Source: Chrysomallon squamiferum (lineage: Eukaryota > Animalia > Mollusca). Taken from it: DNA of 64,000 bases. Position numbers and translations under genes: made by a program. The notes beneath the pieces were generated by a model, which saw only the letters and a list, made by a program, of their open reading frames with translations, was not told the DNA's origin and did not search any database. The stretch covers positions 6,448,001 to 6,512,000 of the forward strand of contig CM022676.1 of NCBI GenBank assembly GCA_012295275.1, written 5' to 3'. This document shows, piece after piece, positions 1-14,876 of the stretch (position 1 is the stretch's first letter; every line of letters begins with the position of its first letter).

Positions 1-2969
1 AGCAAAACTTGGTAGTATATCATTTTTTTGCTTATAGACTGAATTTTCATTATTTTGAAACTGGAAAGCTTCAGAAATCAATATTTTCGAGTTGTTGTAT
101 TTCTTTTTTTTTTTTTTTTTGTGTGGCGGAATTAAAGTTTAAAAAAAAAAATAAAAAATCATTTTTGCCATAATGTAGTGTCTATAATTGTATTCAGTTT
201 GAATATTTAATCTTAAAAGCTTTAAAAACTATATGTTTTGGAATTATTTTACGGTTTAAGCAGAATAAATTTGAGTTTTTGAAATTCAAAAATTTACTGC
301 AATTGCTATGGAAAGGTATGTTTCAAACTGCAAGAAACATACATGCTCATGTGTCTTTGCAAACCTAGAAAATACAAAAAACGGATGACAAATATTATCA
401 GACACATGAAACCAGAAATAAACACTAGGTTCATGCATTTTCATATTTCCAAACTTGGCAGGAACATAATTAACACAATTGTTAACTGGCTGAATCTAAT
501 TCATTCATTTGTAAGCAAAAACAAACACCAGTTTGAACTTTAACAGTCAACTACAGCAGTTCTTTGACAGTGCAATTAGGTATTATGTAAAGAGGTCATG
601 AACAGAGATGACCCTGGCAGATGTATTTCAGTCTGCTTAATCAATAACTCATTGTTTTGTATTTATCAAGGAAAGGAAAAGCTTGACCATTCTAGTGCCT
701 TTGATTTTTTATGAAGGCTAATTTCTACTAAATCAAAAGTCTGGGACTGCAAAACAAGAAAATAGAGACTTTTGAGTTCTTGAAGATACTGAAGGTCATT
801 ATTACTTGCTTAAGCAGGAGCTTTGGGAAATTTAAATATTACACCCTATCATAGACCTGTTTTTTTTTTTTTAAATTAGCAAAAAGTGCCTTTTATAAAG
901 ATTTTACTGTAACTGGACTAAAAAAAATCAGATATACTAACAGGAAAAGAACATCTGAAATCAGGTGCATTAAGAAAAATAACCAAGTAACAACAACCAA
1001 CAACAAAAAAAAAAAAAAAAAAAAAGGAAAAAGAAGAAATGAATTCTGGAACTCAAACCACATCGTTCTTCTTTACTTCTGTGAAGGTTATTTTCTGTCT
1101 CTATGGAAACAAAACAAGTCAGTTCTAAACAAAAGCTAAATATAAGCAGAGGTAAGTTTATTTGAAGAACTGCTGATGTTTATGTTTCCTGTAGATGGGC
1201 AAACAAACAATAAAAGCAAACATTATTGAAGAAATCAGACAAACCGAGCAAATTATCTTCTCGTTATTGACAGAAGCAGAGCAAATTAACTCAGACCAAT
1301 GGGATCAAATGTCCAGTCTTGACCAGTTGTTTGTATTACCTCCTGTCCTAACTTTTTACAGACCTCTCACTTTCCAGTGGTGGCTTCAAGGTGGGGAGGT
1401 TATAAAAGGTTTTCAAGAAATTATTAAAATGGCTGAGTGAGGTTTCTACTCTAGATAACCTTGGTTTTGAGAATGAAAATTAGATTGTTTTCTTGTTTTC
1501 CCCCACATAACGTAACATGATTTAGGTACATTGGCAGAGTCTGAACATTTTTGCCTGAACGTTGATGATGATGATGATGATGATGAAGTCTACAAAGCAA
1601 CAACACCTACTACCATATCTGTTCCCGGCTCTCTCTTTCCCAGAATGTTTACTCTGCTGCTGGATGCTTTGTTGTCAGTCATGTGCTTGAGAAAACTGGC
1701 AACACATGCTTAAATATCGGTTAATAGATTGACAAGAATAAAGGTGAGAAGAGAAAACAAACCTCTTCAAGATTGCAATCCCAGTGTTCACCACCAGTTG
1801 ATTTATTAAAAGACAAAAAACATTTGCCATTATAGTTAGTGGAAAGATGGACTGATAGATGGATGGATGGATGGAATGATGGAATGGATGGATGGATGGA
1901 TTTATTTTAGGCAAAAATATTCTATCTCCATATATATATATATATATATAAATTATTATTATTTTTTTTTTTTTGGGAAAACATCTGGATTATTTAGCTT
2001 TTCCAGAATTTAGACACAGACAATTATTCTATAACAAATATATAAAATTAAATAATTCAACATTATTACTATATTACACGTGTTACAAAGTTTCACTGCC
2101 AATGCAGCATATATCATCCTTTGTTAATTTCCCAATCCAGCCAATATGAAAAGCTACTGTATGTGGTTTTCTGTCTACTGCTGTAAAGTATGGTTGCAGT
2201 TTTCTTCTCTCATATCATCATAAAAATGTGTTTTAATGATTAACAGTAAAGTGTGATGCTAAGTTGCTTAGCAAATAATCATTCATTTACTTGAAGAGCA
2301 GTGGAATACTAATTTGTACAGTTAAAAGTATTCCAGTTGCTCATGAATATAAAAACACTTCAGATTTCATAATTAGAAGATTTAATCTTGATGTAGACTT
2401 ATCTGTCCATCTGTGTGTCTGCCTGTTTGTCTGTCTGATTATCCATCAGAAATCTCGTCTAATGGTCCAGACTGTGTATTACAAAATAAACCAAATTATT
2501 TATGAAGAGAAAATTATTTTCCTCTATGTGAACAAATAGCATTTGAATCATTATTGTTGTTAGAGGCTTTTAAGTTTGTTTTTGTAAAGAAAATCAATAT
2601 CTTGTATCTTTTATCTTGAAATATCTTTATTCATATGTTTATGCAATAACAATGGTATTTATTCTTTACAGTGTGACTTAACCTACATCCGTGCAGTTTG
2701 AAACAACAATGTGACATGACTTTTTTGTTAATGTAAAAATATCCTGCTTTCCAGAATTACACGGCTTAATAATGTGACATATCTTTTCATCTATCTGTCT
2801 GTCTCTCTGACATTTAGTGTAATGATCTTGTTTGTTCTATACAAAATAACCAGAGCTATGTAAGTAATATGACTGTTTTTATTTCCACAATTAGAGATGT
2901 ATAATCTGAACATGGTTTTTATCTCTGTATAGTTACCAACCTTTTCCATGGACAGGATAACACATTCCT

Positions 2970-3340
2970 TGGCCTTAGATAAACCAAGAATTTTGTATCT
3001 TCAGTATTAGAAACATTTGTCTAAATATAGTCTGTATTTCTATCTTTTAAAAATTCTTTTCAACAGACAATACATACCACAGCCTTTGATAAACCAAGAA
3101 TTTTGCTTCTTCATTATAATAAATACTTATCTAAATTCAGTCTATGTTTCTATCCTTTAAAAACCTCTTGCAGTAGACAACAAAATACATAAAATGGCCT
3201 TTGATAAACCAAGAATTTTGCATCTTCATTATTAGAAATACTGATCTGAATTTAGTCTGCATTTCTATCCTTTAAAAACTCCTTCCCATAAACAGGACAG
3301 AATATAGCACATAGGCTTTGTAAATCTGGTATGTGTCATC
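2970..3340. repeat. Tandem repeat, about 113-bp unit, 3+ diverged copies
   Basis: Recurring gcc(t/a)ttgataaaccaagaattttg near 2972, 3082 and 3198. Confidence 0.85.
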
Positions 3341-4782
3341 ATCAGCACTAGATATGTTTATTTAAATATAGATTCTTAATTTAGGAACTATGCCTGGCTT
3401 AGGCTACATCAGTATAATAAAAAAAATATGTAAAAGTCCATTAAATTTTAATGTTTATATAAACAAAAAACTATACAGTCAGGACAGCACTTATAATGAC
3501 TTTTGATGAACCAATTGCAAGATGCTGACTAGATAAAGAAAACATGCAAATGACAGCATTAAACAGGCTCGATCCTACATCCTATAGCCAGTCTCATAAC
3601 AATCTCATACTACAGCGTCAACACCACATGTCCTTTGACAAACGGTCTGCAAAGCAATGGTTGGGTTAGGAAAACAGGCAAACAAAAGCATTAAGCAGAT
3701 TTGATCCTGTATTCTATAACCAAATCTCATACCACAGTCTACACCAGTTTGAAGATTGGCTAAAACCCAGTTACTACTAACATATGTTAACCATACTTAA
3801 TTAGTGTAGTGCAACCTCAAACAGCCTAGCCCAACATGGCACACAGCCATCTGCAACTGGAAGCAGCTTTGCATTACTTCTTCTCCTGGGTTACAGGCTT
3901 CTTTTTCAGCTCTGCATCTTTAATCTCACATTATATTACTGCCGTTTCATATAGCTACCAACATCTACAGGCGTAAATGAAATTAGTGTACATTTGTATG
4001 TGTCTTTATATGAATCTTTGTAGAAATATCTAAATATTATCTTTGAATTTCACTTAAAAGATGCTATGAAGTTATGTTCTAATCCAGTATATATCAACAA
4101 TAACAAAAACCATAACAACAATAACATCTATAATAATAATAACAATAATAATAATAATAATAATGATAGTGATGATAATGATGATGATCAAAACCCCCAC
4201 AAAAACAACAACAGTAACTGTAATAGTTTAAAAGTTTCGATTTTCCCTAAGTTTAAGCTTCTGCAACTCTAAATAATGATCAGTGACAACGATAATAAGA
4301 ACATTAACAACAACAACAGCAGCAGCAGCAGCAGCAATAGGACATTCCAACAGATAATTAGCATTCATTTTCCCTGCATGGACAATTATCACACTTTTTA
4401 TCTTGACACCAACACAGACAATGCAGTGAAACAAAAATTTAACGTATCTAAGAATCTCAATTTTTCCAGTCCTGCTCATCAACCAATTGTGGAAACATTC
4501 CAGGAATTCAAATGATGAGCCTGGAATCTTAGAAACCTAATGAAGACCATGTGACTGTGGCAATAGAGATGAGACTTAGCAGTAAATGCTCATAATTTTA
4601 ACACTTGTGGTTTCTGCAGACTAATGATGAGACCACAAGAGGGTTTGTGGTGTGTTAAGTAACAGAGATCAGTCTGGCTTCCTGGGGCTTGTGTCTTTAT
4701 TTTAGCTTAATGCAGGAAAAGAAAGGCAAATACTGATTATTAACATCTGAAAATCCCTGTAAAAAATGTTTTAAATAACTTT

Positions 4783-4814
<32 letters not shown>

Positions 4815-5256
4815 TAGAAAAAGAAAATAAAAAGGAAAAAAAAGAAGAAAAAGGTAAAAATAAACCACACACACATGCAGAGTAATAAATAAATAAACAA
4901 ATAAATACATTAATTATAAAAAAAATTATTACTGCTTCTAAAATGAAAACAAATTTTTTTTTTTTTTTTTTACAATCTCATAAATTTTGTACCCAGATAA
5001 ATGAAAGTGCAGAAAAATAAAATAACTTTTTAAAGAGTAAACAAAATCAAAAAATGAAAGAAAGAAAAAAGTTAAAGAGGTCAGAATCAAAACTAGCATT
5101 TATTTATTTATTTTAATATTTATTTTTTTAACCATAACTATTATAAAAGTTTGGTTTAATTTTTCATATTCATATCAAACAAAATCAACTAAACAAATTA
5201 TTTAAATATATAAATCTTATATTTATAACTAAAATAAATATTTATTATTTCTAATA

Positions 5257-5518
5257 CAGGTTGAGAATTTTTTATCCAAAATGGCTGGACGTGTTTTAAA
5301 TTCCAAATTTTAATATGAATTGCATTTATATTTCATACACAACTTAAAGAAATAGTCTGCAGGATTCTTTATATAATGAGTTTTTTTTAATAATTTTGTG
5401 CATTAAATAAAGTTTGCGTATGCAAAACAATCTGAAAACTTTAAGATATCTCTGCTGCTTGTAAAAGGTTTTGGAGTGTTTCTGATTTTGGAATTTCGCA
5501 TAAGGGATCCTTGACCTA
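5257..5518. mobile_element. Tigger/pogo-like MITE (decayed)
   Basis: TA|CAGGTTGAGAATTTTTTATCCAAAATG ... CGCATAAGGGATCCTTGACCTA|TA: imperfect TIRs with TA TSD; same family as 43930-44140. Confidence 0.6.
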
Positions 5519-7045
5519 TATAACAATATATATCATAATGGGTCACCATATGGAATTGTAAATAGTTTAATTAACATACCAGTGAAAGCAAAATTCTAAT
5601 AACACTGATATTTCCCATTGTTAATTCTTGAAATTAATCTTTGTAACTGATAAATGTTTTGTGACAAAGAATTTGTCTTATTTTTTACCTGTGTTTTAGC
5701 ATTCTTCAAAGAACTTTTGAAAATCAGAACCTATTTCCATGACATGCCTGTTAGCATTAGTTCAATGATATTTTTATGAATATGACATTGAATGATAATA
5801 CAATACTGAAATTGAAATTTCACTTCAGTTAAGAGTTGGTTAACATGATTTTCAAAGACCTCTTGAATATGATGATAGCCAGAACTCTTTAGAAGATGTA
5901 CCAGTTATCACCACATTCAATAATAATTATTTGAATTAACATTTGAAATTTTAGTTAACACCTTTTTCAGATTAAACTGGCACCATATTCAATAATACTT
6001 TAATAAACATTGATACAGTAATTTAATTAGCATTTTGCTCAAACTAAGTAAGCACCATTTTTAAGCTGAATCAGCACCATTTTCAAATTCAGTTAAGCAT
6101 GGAAAATGATCCAAAATTAATCAAATTCTGACAACAAAAATAACTTTTTTTTATTTTTTCACCATCTGTATAATCTGAATGTAAAAATTTGTCAACACTT
6201 TAAACATGGGGATTATTTTAGCTTTTTTTTTTCTTTTTTTTTTTACATAACTTTTTTTTGTTATTAGATATACAGACTTGAACTGAATGAACTCAGGAGT
6301 TGAAAGCTCTGTGTTAACATTTGATACGACACATCTGTTTTGACTGTCACACTTTTCTCAGCTCTCCTGCAGAAAGGAACATTTTAAACCAGTTATCAAA
6401 GTTCCTGTTGAACTTTTATATAAGATTATCAAGACATGTCAAGGAAAAGATAACTCCAGCTTAAAAAAACCGAAAAAAAAACACACACAAAGAAAAGAAA
6501 AGAAAAAAGAAAAACCAAGAAAGAACAACAACAACAAAAAAAACCTCAAAAAAAAAAAAAAAATTAAAAAATTAAATAAATAAATATATAAATAGAAATT
6601 AAAAAAAGAAAGAAAAATAGAAGAAAAAAAAGATAAGAAACACAGGCAGATGCAAAGCCATATGTGACCCATTCCTCGAAAAAGATAAATAAAATTACAT
6701 TTTGGACATTTTCTACCGTAGTTAGAAATTATAAAATAGAAGCTTTAAAATGTTTAAATTCACACTGAATTATGACTCAAAATAAAGTTATTGGGTTTTT
6801 TTAAGTTAAAGGTAGTTTATGTGATGTATTTATTTTTTCTATTATTAAATTATTTTTCATTTTTATTTTTATTTTATTTTATTTATTTTAATACTAAATT
6901 TATTGAATAAAATTTAGAAAAAAATAAATGAACTGTCATTGCCTTTCTTTTACTGTTAAAATTAAAATAAGAATGTGTGTTCATGAATGTGTGAAAAAGT
7001 TCTTTCACTGTATATGTATGTATATGTGTAAGTATGTATGTGTTC

Positions 7046-7085
<40 letters not shown>

Positions 7086-7618
7086 AGGGATTTATAAACT
7101 AGGGTGAGTGGGTACTTTGCATGTATGTATATATGGAGGTAGGCATGTACATAATGTATACATACATGTGACACCAAAACTAATATAAATACTAATCAAT
7201 GGAAAAGTTTTTCTTTCCAACTATTATTTTAACATGACCATAAAAATAACACATACTGGTGAAGACACAACCCAAGCAATGGTTAGCAACAATTTTTTTT
7301 TACAATTCTATTATTTCACAAAAATGTAACCTAATTACTTCTGTAAGTGTCATAATCCTGTTGCTGTTAAATCATAATCATATGACATGTGTAATGGAAC
7401 TATTATATATTTATTTCCTTCTAATAAACCAGATTATTGGGCCAACGGAAGGATATAGTAATTTACAGAGGCAAAAATAGTGTTGGTCTGTGTGTATGTG
7501 TGTGTGTGTATGTGAGTGTGTGCATGTATGTGTCAGTCTATGTTTTTGTATATATGTATGTTTCTGCGTTTAAGTATGCAAACATATATAATGCAAGTGC
7601 ATAGATGTGTGTGCGTGC

Positions 7619-7649
<31 letters not shown>

Positions 7650-7748
7650 TGTATGTGTGTGTGTGTATGTGTATGTATAAATGTATATACACACACGTTT
7701 TTCTGTTTATGCATATAAATATATATATTGAAAGTGTACAGATGTGTG

Positions 7749-7794
<46 letters not shown>

Positions 7795-8469
7795 TTGGTA
7801 TTATCTTGATTGTCTTTCAAATAGTTATCCGAGTTACATAAGCAAAATAACTGAACAAACAGTCAATAACAAAATTCTATATTATGAGACCACCCTTGAT
7901 TGTATACTTTATGTTTCACGTGTTTTTATAGTATACATTATCACTGTATACTGTAATATTATTTATATCCGAAGCTGGGTGAGGCTGTTTTGTGAAAGTA
8001 TGTTAAGTGCTGAAAAGGTCATACATGTTTCAGTTTACAAGTAATTTTCAAATCGGAGATAAATCAGAATTTTATTAGTTTCCCATTACAAGTAGTTTTA
8101 AAATGTTTGGAACGAAAAATTGTTGTAATAACTGAGTATGCTTTTCTGTTTATAGGAACTTTTTGAGCATGGTTTGGATTTGGAAATGGGATCAGTATCT
8201 GTTTATATTATATTAAAGGTTTGGAATATGATGTAATTAGCATTTGTTTCTTATGAGAATTAATGTTCAAATCAAAACTCTGGATTAAAAAATAATCGTA
8301 ACCATGTATGTGTGTGCAAACATGCATGTGTGCAAGTGTGTGCAAGTGTGTGTGTGTGTGTGTGAGTGAATATGCATTCATACTACCTTTACAAACCCAT
8401 CAGTTCAAATTACTTTCTTTTCTTTGCCAAAAACTGATCATCACTACACTGTAATGTTTGGATAGACAC

Positions 8470-9620
8470 CAAGACTATAAATCACTACCACCTTCTTGCT
8501 GAATTTACATGTATCATAGACTATAGTGTATATCTGAAATCCTTACACACAGATCATAGTATATATATACAGGGTTTATTTTGTAAGAAGAATATTTAAT
8601 AAAACTTGATCTATCAAAACTATAAATCATTACCATCTTCCTCTTGTGCTTACATGTATCATAGACTATAGTGTATATCTGAAATCCTTACACACAGATC
8701 ATAGTATATATATACAGGGTTTATTTTGTAAGAAGAATATTTAATAAAACTTGATCTATCAAAACTATAAATCATTACCACTTTACATGTATCATAGACT
8801 ATAGTGTATATCTGAAATCCTTACACACAGATCATAGTATATATATACAGGGTTTATTTTGTAAGAAGAATATTTAATAAAACTTGATGTACCAAAACTA
8901 TAAATGACAATCATCTTCCTGCTGTACTTACATGTATCATAGACTGTATAGCATACATCTGAAATCTTTACACACAGATCACAATATACAGGATTTATTT
9001 TGTAAGAAGAATATTTAATAAAACTTGATCTATCAAAACAATAAACCACTACCATCTTCCTCTTGTGCTTACATGTATCATAGACTATAGTGTATATCTG
9101 AAATCCTTACACACAGATCATAGTATATATATATATACAGGGTTTATTTTCTAACAAGAATATTTAATAAAACTTGATCTATCAAAACAATAAACCACTA
9201 CCATCTTCCTCTTGTACTTACATGTATCATAGACTATAGTGTATATCTGAAATCCTTACACACAAATCATAGTATATACAGGGTTTATTTTGTAAGAAAA
9301 ATATTTAATAAAACTTGATCTATCAAAACTATAAATGACTATCATCTTCCTGCTGTACTTACATGTATCATAGACTGTATAGCATACATCTGAAATCTTT
9401 ACACACAGATCACAATATACAGAGTTTATTTTGTAAGAAGAATATTTAATAAAACTTGATGTACCAAAACAATGAATTATTAGCATCCTGATACTGATCC
9501 TCTAAGTATCGCAGACTGTACGGTGGTTATTTCAAATCCTTATAGATGGAGAAAAAGGGTAATTTGTAAGAAGAATGTTTAATAAAACTTGATGTACTAA
9601 AACTATGAATTAATAAGAAT
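8470..9620. repeat. Minisatellite, about 145-bp unit, about 8 copies
   Basis: Recurring ttacatgtatcatagactatagtgtatatctgaaatccttacacacagatc...gtaagaagaatatttaataaaacttgat. Confidence 0.95.
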
Positions 9621-9761
9621 ATTAAAACTATGAATTAATAAGAATATCAAAACTATGTTAGCATCTGTACAAAATTAACTAGCACATAATTATGCAAGAA
9701 ATATTTTACATACCAAAGAAGAATGGTTTTATAATTTTTTTTTTTATATGAAAAAAGCAAG

Positions 9762-9821
<60 letters not shown>

Positions 9822-10684
9822 AAAGAAAAAAAGAAGAAAGAGGGGAGAGAAAGAAAAAAGAGAAAGGTTGATAAAGCCCAATACAATAACAGTAGGGTTC
9901 CACAAAGATGGATGGCCTTTAAATTACCCTTACTGTTAGTTCCTGTTAAAAAAAAAGTATCAAAATTAATTTATATTATAAACAGCATTAGAACACATAA
10001 AAGTACACACACAAAAAGTTTATGCACTCTTAGAAAAGAAGAAGAAGAAAAAAATATATATATATAATAATGAAAACACTGAACATTAAATATCCATCAA
10101 GGTAATTAACAGAGGTTCACATGCTCAATATCACGTACAAAGCTCTACTCACAGTGAGTGCTCACAGTGGGAACACAAGTTTTTCCAATAAAAGAGAAAC
10201 ATTTTCTGCACTGATTACAACCAAACACCTCCACACACACACACCATGAAGCAAAATCTTTCAAGAAACAGGTTGAATCTGCAGGTGTGTATAAAAATAA
10301 TCTATCCTAGAACAAAGCTTCTGGATTTCACAGACGTTTTTAAAACAAAATCTTTCTGTTGTTCAGTGGATTTAATCCATGGATTATATACAAGAAAAAA
10401 AAATCATCTCTGACACAGCTGTCTTGAACTTCTGAATAGTGCAGAAGAGAAATTTATAAGCTTGTTTTGGTTTTCCAAGTGGCAATGTCGAAGTTTCCAA
10501 TATTAACAAAAAAATAACAGAGGTTTAAAACTTGGGAAACTTCAACATTAATGCTAGTGTTTAACTTTCCAAAGAGCTATGTTAAAATGTTCAGTATTGT
10601 ACAGAATAACTGAATCTTAAAAAATTAACATCCTCCACATGTATGAAATAATGTTCATGTTTTTGAATAAGGAAACCACAAAGA

Positions 10685-11015
10685 AATATATCATTGACAC
10701 ATAAGTTAACTTTTATGCAGCAGTTTTCATATACTGCTGACATATAAAATAAAATAAAATAAAATCCAGTATCATTAACACACAAGTTAACTTTTACGTA
10801 GCAGTTCTAATACACTGTTGAATCTGTCTACATATAAAATAATATCAAAAATGACTAACACACAAGTTAACCTTTATCTATCCTGTCTACATATAAAAAA
10901 TAAAATATCATTAACACACAAGTTAGCTTTTATGCAGCAGTTCTCGCAGACTATTGAAATCTATTTACATATATATAAAACAAAATTCCGGTATCATTAA
11001 CACACAAATTAACGG
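10685..11015. repeat. Diverged tandem repeat (about 4-5 partial copies)
   Basis: Recurring atcattaacacacaagttaacttttatgcagcagtt. Confidence 0.8.
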
Positions 11016-11364
11016 CTTCAAGCAGTTAGTTGTTTAAACTTTGTAACATTGTTGCTGTATGTACAAGAGATTTTCCACTTAGGAGTAAGTAACACAAGGC
11101 ACTTACTTAGAATGACCCCCAAACTCTTTCCTTCAACCAGCTTGTTGCAATGGCTGTACGGATGTGTATTAATTTAGACATCCTGCTTCCTTGCTTGCTC
11201 TAAGCTTTGCCCACACTGGAGACCCGTTGTTATGATTATTATTATTATTATTATTACACAGTGCAGAGGACAACATTTTTTGTTTCCACAGTTTATTCAG
11301 CTATTGGTAACGGCTTCATGTTCTGACCAGTGTTCAGGGTCTTATGTGTAACAAAATAGTCTAC

Positions 11365-12600
11365 TCTTAGCAGTAAAAGTCATGTTTTGCAAATGATTAT
11401 AAAGAACAGAGTACATTAAATATTCCATTCCAAGTAAATGATGACTATTTCTCCAGATTTTTCATAGCTGTATATGTATTAAATATTTTTTCTTATAGCA
11501 AGAATGTCATGTTTTGCCAATGATTATAAGGAACAGAGTATTGAATATTCCATTACTAAAAATGATGACTATTTCACCAGATTTTCATAGCTGTATATGT
11601 ATTAAATATTTTTTCTTATAGCAAGAATGTCATGTTTTGCCAATGATTATAAGGAACAGAGTATTAAATATTCCATTCCTAGTAAATGATCACGATTTCA
11701 CCAGATTTTACAGAGCCCTATATGTATTAAATATTCTTCTCATAGCAAGAATGTCAATGTTCTGCCAATAATAGAGAGACCAGAGTGTATTAAATATTCT
11801 TTTCTAAGTAAACGTCACGGTTTGACAAATTTTCACAGAGCTGAATATATATTATATGCTGTGCTCCTAATGAAACTTCAGATTTTCATAAAATTTTGGA
11901 TATATATTAAATGTTTTCATCAAAGCAAGAATATTATGTTTTGCTAATGCTGCAGAAATCGAAGTACATTAAATATTCCATTCTTAGTAAATTATCACAA
12001 CTTGACCAAAATGTACAGAACTATATACATTAAATAGTAATACTTGAGTTTTTTGTCTAATTTTAGAGTCATATATATATATATATATATATATATTAAA
12101 TGTTTTTCTTACAGCAAGAATGCCAATGTTTTGAAAGTGATATAGAGATCAGAGTACATTAAATACTCCATTTATAGCATACAAAATTTGATCAAGTTGT
12201 ACAGACAGTTATGTCCAATACTATAGTCTAATAATATATTACATATTAAATATTGATTGTACTGCTAATAAAACTTCAGTATTTTCAGTTGAATATATTA
12301 TATTATATTATATTATATTATATATTATGCTATATTCAACTATTAATAAAACACCAAACATTAACTCCATTTTCCACACTTAAAAACATTAAATATTCTA
12401 CTTCTAGCACAACAATTTGATCAAGATGCAAACGCTAACTAATACACATTAAATACTGAATTCTTAATGTATTTAGATACCCACATACATGAAATATAAT
12501 CAAGATTTGCCCTTTACTGTAATGAAATTCTATTACTGGTACAAATCTAAGTTATACTGACCTATACTTTAAATATTCTCCTCCTGGCAAGAATTTTAAG
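11365..12600. repeat. Minisatellite, about 120-125-bp unit, decaying to the right
   Basis: Recurring tagcaagaatgtcatgttttgccaatgattataaggaacagagtattaaatattccatt. Confidence 0.9.
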
Positions 12601-13376
12601 CTTTAGCCAACAACTGGTCAGTATGTTTTCAAACACAGATGTCTGCTGACCGGTGGTCACTTTAATGATTTACAGTCCTCAAGTGGCAGGAAGTATCCAA
12701 ACAGATTATTCCAGATATTAGACTTAACGGTCTTGCTGATGATCACTTATGTTAAAATTTGTTGTGAGTCATGAATGCTGAGTAGTTAATAAATTTATTT
12801 TTTTATATAGATATAATATCCCTGTAATTTTCACTCTTCCTCAGTATTAATGGATGTGACTCATATATGCATGTATATGTGGTCACATAACAATTTTTTT
12901 TTTTTATCTTACATAAATTAATATCTGTATTTTTTGATTTTTGATTATCTCTGTTGTATCTTTTTTTTTAATAATGTGTGGATATCATCTACTTCTATCA
13001 CATTCCAAAGTTTTGTTTTATAAGTTAAAATACATGTAGTTATAACAAAAAATCTCTGATGTCCATCAGTCCATCAAACCTGGATATAACTATTTCTGCC
13101 ATATTTCAATATTTTATTTTAGAAGACATAATACATCTAATTATAACAGAATCTCTTGAATATTGTGTCCTTTTTTTCAACAATACCTGGATATCATCTA
13201 TTTCTACCAAGTTCAAGTTTTGTTTTAAAAGTCATAATACATCAAGTTATAAGAGAAAACTCTGGTGTGTTGTATCACCTTATTAATGGCAAAGTACAAT
13301 ATCTGGATACCATGTTAGTTAGATGATGCTATCGTTTTTCTGAAATGGGTGGGAAAATCTAATACTTTATATAAAA

Positions 13377-13600
13377 CCCCTTTCACTTACAATGCACAAT
13401 TCTTGTCAATTATTTTTAAAAAAAAAAAATTTTATGAATTGTTAGTTTATCAACTTGGGTACATTTCAGTGTCAAATATATATAGTCATGTGAGTTATCA
13501 TTCAAAATAACAGCATAATTATCACATTATGCAATCTTATGAAGAAGAAAAAAATTGGGCTCTAGGTGGTGCATGCACTTAGCCTTGGTAGTAAAAGAGG
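13377..13600. mobile_element. Possible decayed piggyBac-like MITE
   Basis: Left CCCCTTTCACTTAC versus right GTAGTAAAAGAGG|TTAA; TTAA is intact only on the right side. Confidence 0.3.
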
Positions 13601-14836
13601 TTAACTAGCCAAACTAAATACAAATATACATTCATTCTGATATGTTACAGGTTATCTAACAATATCAGATATATTCCATGCCGAGATTTGATAGTTCTTA
13701 TCTGCGACTGCTGTTTATGCAACTTCTAAACTTTATGGCTCATGTTTGTGGAAAATAAAATATTTCACAGCTTTATTTTTAAATGTTTCTGTCACGTTTT
13801 TGCTCTATATCTTAGTTACACGTTAAAGTTATATGACAGAACGTGCTGAACCAAACAGCTCAAGACACATAAATATGTAAAACACAAATAAATAATTATA
13901 CAGCAAGAGAGAGAGAGAGAGAGAGAGATCTTATAAAATATATTTTAGTAACACTAAAATTGAAAACCGATTCTGTTTAAGTTTCATAAAAGAGCAACAA
14001 AATAGCTACTTCAACCAAAATTTAAACTTAAATATCATATTTTCAAACAATAAGCATCAAAATTAAATCTGAAAGTAATTCTGCAAAACCCATTGACATT
14101 CATTGCATAATATCCATCATTAAAATACGATCATCTTAATAATACTACTACTTGTAATAATACTTTAAAATTTCTTTTAAAAAATTCAAGGGTGTATAAA
14201 ATAAAATTGAGGAGTTTCCTCAAAGCTGTTATTTACAAAATTATAAGAAAGTATACATACCAAAATTTACTAATAATAAAACCTACAAATTTACTGAATT
14301 CAATATTATTAAAATCAGAAGAAAAAAAAAAGAATAAAGAAATAAAAAGAAATTTTCCCAAAGCTAACTTCACATACAACTGAACAGCACATACATTTAT
14401 TTTTTTATATAGAACATTATTAAATTCCCCCCCCAGCCCAATATTATTATCATGAGATTCCAAATGTAAATATTATTATTATTAAATTTCATTCTTATTA
14501 CTATTATAAATGGATCTTCTGAAAGATAACTTACATCTTACATGAGTAAACAGCAATGAAAGTTAACAGCCATCTGTAGAAATCCCATCACACCAGTGAT
14601 TGCGATGCATTTTCTGTACCCATAGCCACTGAACCAAACTTCCAATACACACTATATGGAAGTTCCAAACCTGGAATGGAATGTATCTCCTTGTTTTCTT
14701 GCAGTGCCTGCCTGTACCGAAGAAGAGAGAGAGAGAGAGATATGACCTGTATCCTTCCCACAATGCCTCACACCTCTAGGCGTCTGCTATGACCATTTTC
14801 TGTTGACGTTCTTCAAGATATTGTTTTCAGACTCAC

Positions 14837-14876
14837 CAAGTGTTTATCAGCAACAATCCAACAACCTGACAACCCT
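14837..14876 (-). other. Candidate 40-nt internal exon of the minus-strand gene
   Basis: Minus strand: ttattctttatag|AGGGTTG...ACACTTG|gtgagt; the phase-2 entry frame is open (GLSGCWIVADKHL) and exits in phase 0. Confidence 0.4.

Noticed and set aside
666-746. Strong minus-strand acceptor with a phase-0 open frame (SQTFDLVEISLHKK...) as the shared exon for the alternative first exons
   Set aside because: No convincing donor before the stop codon and no recognisable protein similarity.
3874-3930. Minus-strand peptide EIKDAELKKKPVTQEKK* resembling a protein C-terminus
   Set aside because: In-frame stop just upstream; all frames from the nearest acceptor close quickly; no recognisable homologue.
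4505-4680. ATGATGA boxes and a stem (accacaa/ttgtggt) suggesting a C/D snoRNA or hammerhead ribozyme
   Set aside because: No properly placed CTGA box D with a terminal stem, and no CUGAUGA...GAAA hammerhead core.
8792-9486. Two near-identical minus-strand ORFs suggesting duplicated genes
   Set aside because: Both arise from the 145-bp tandem repeat.
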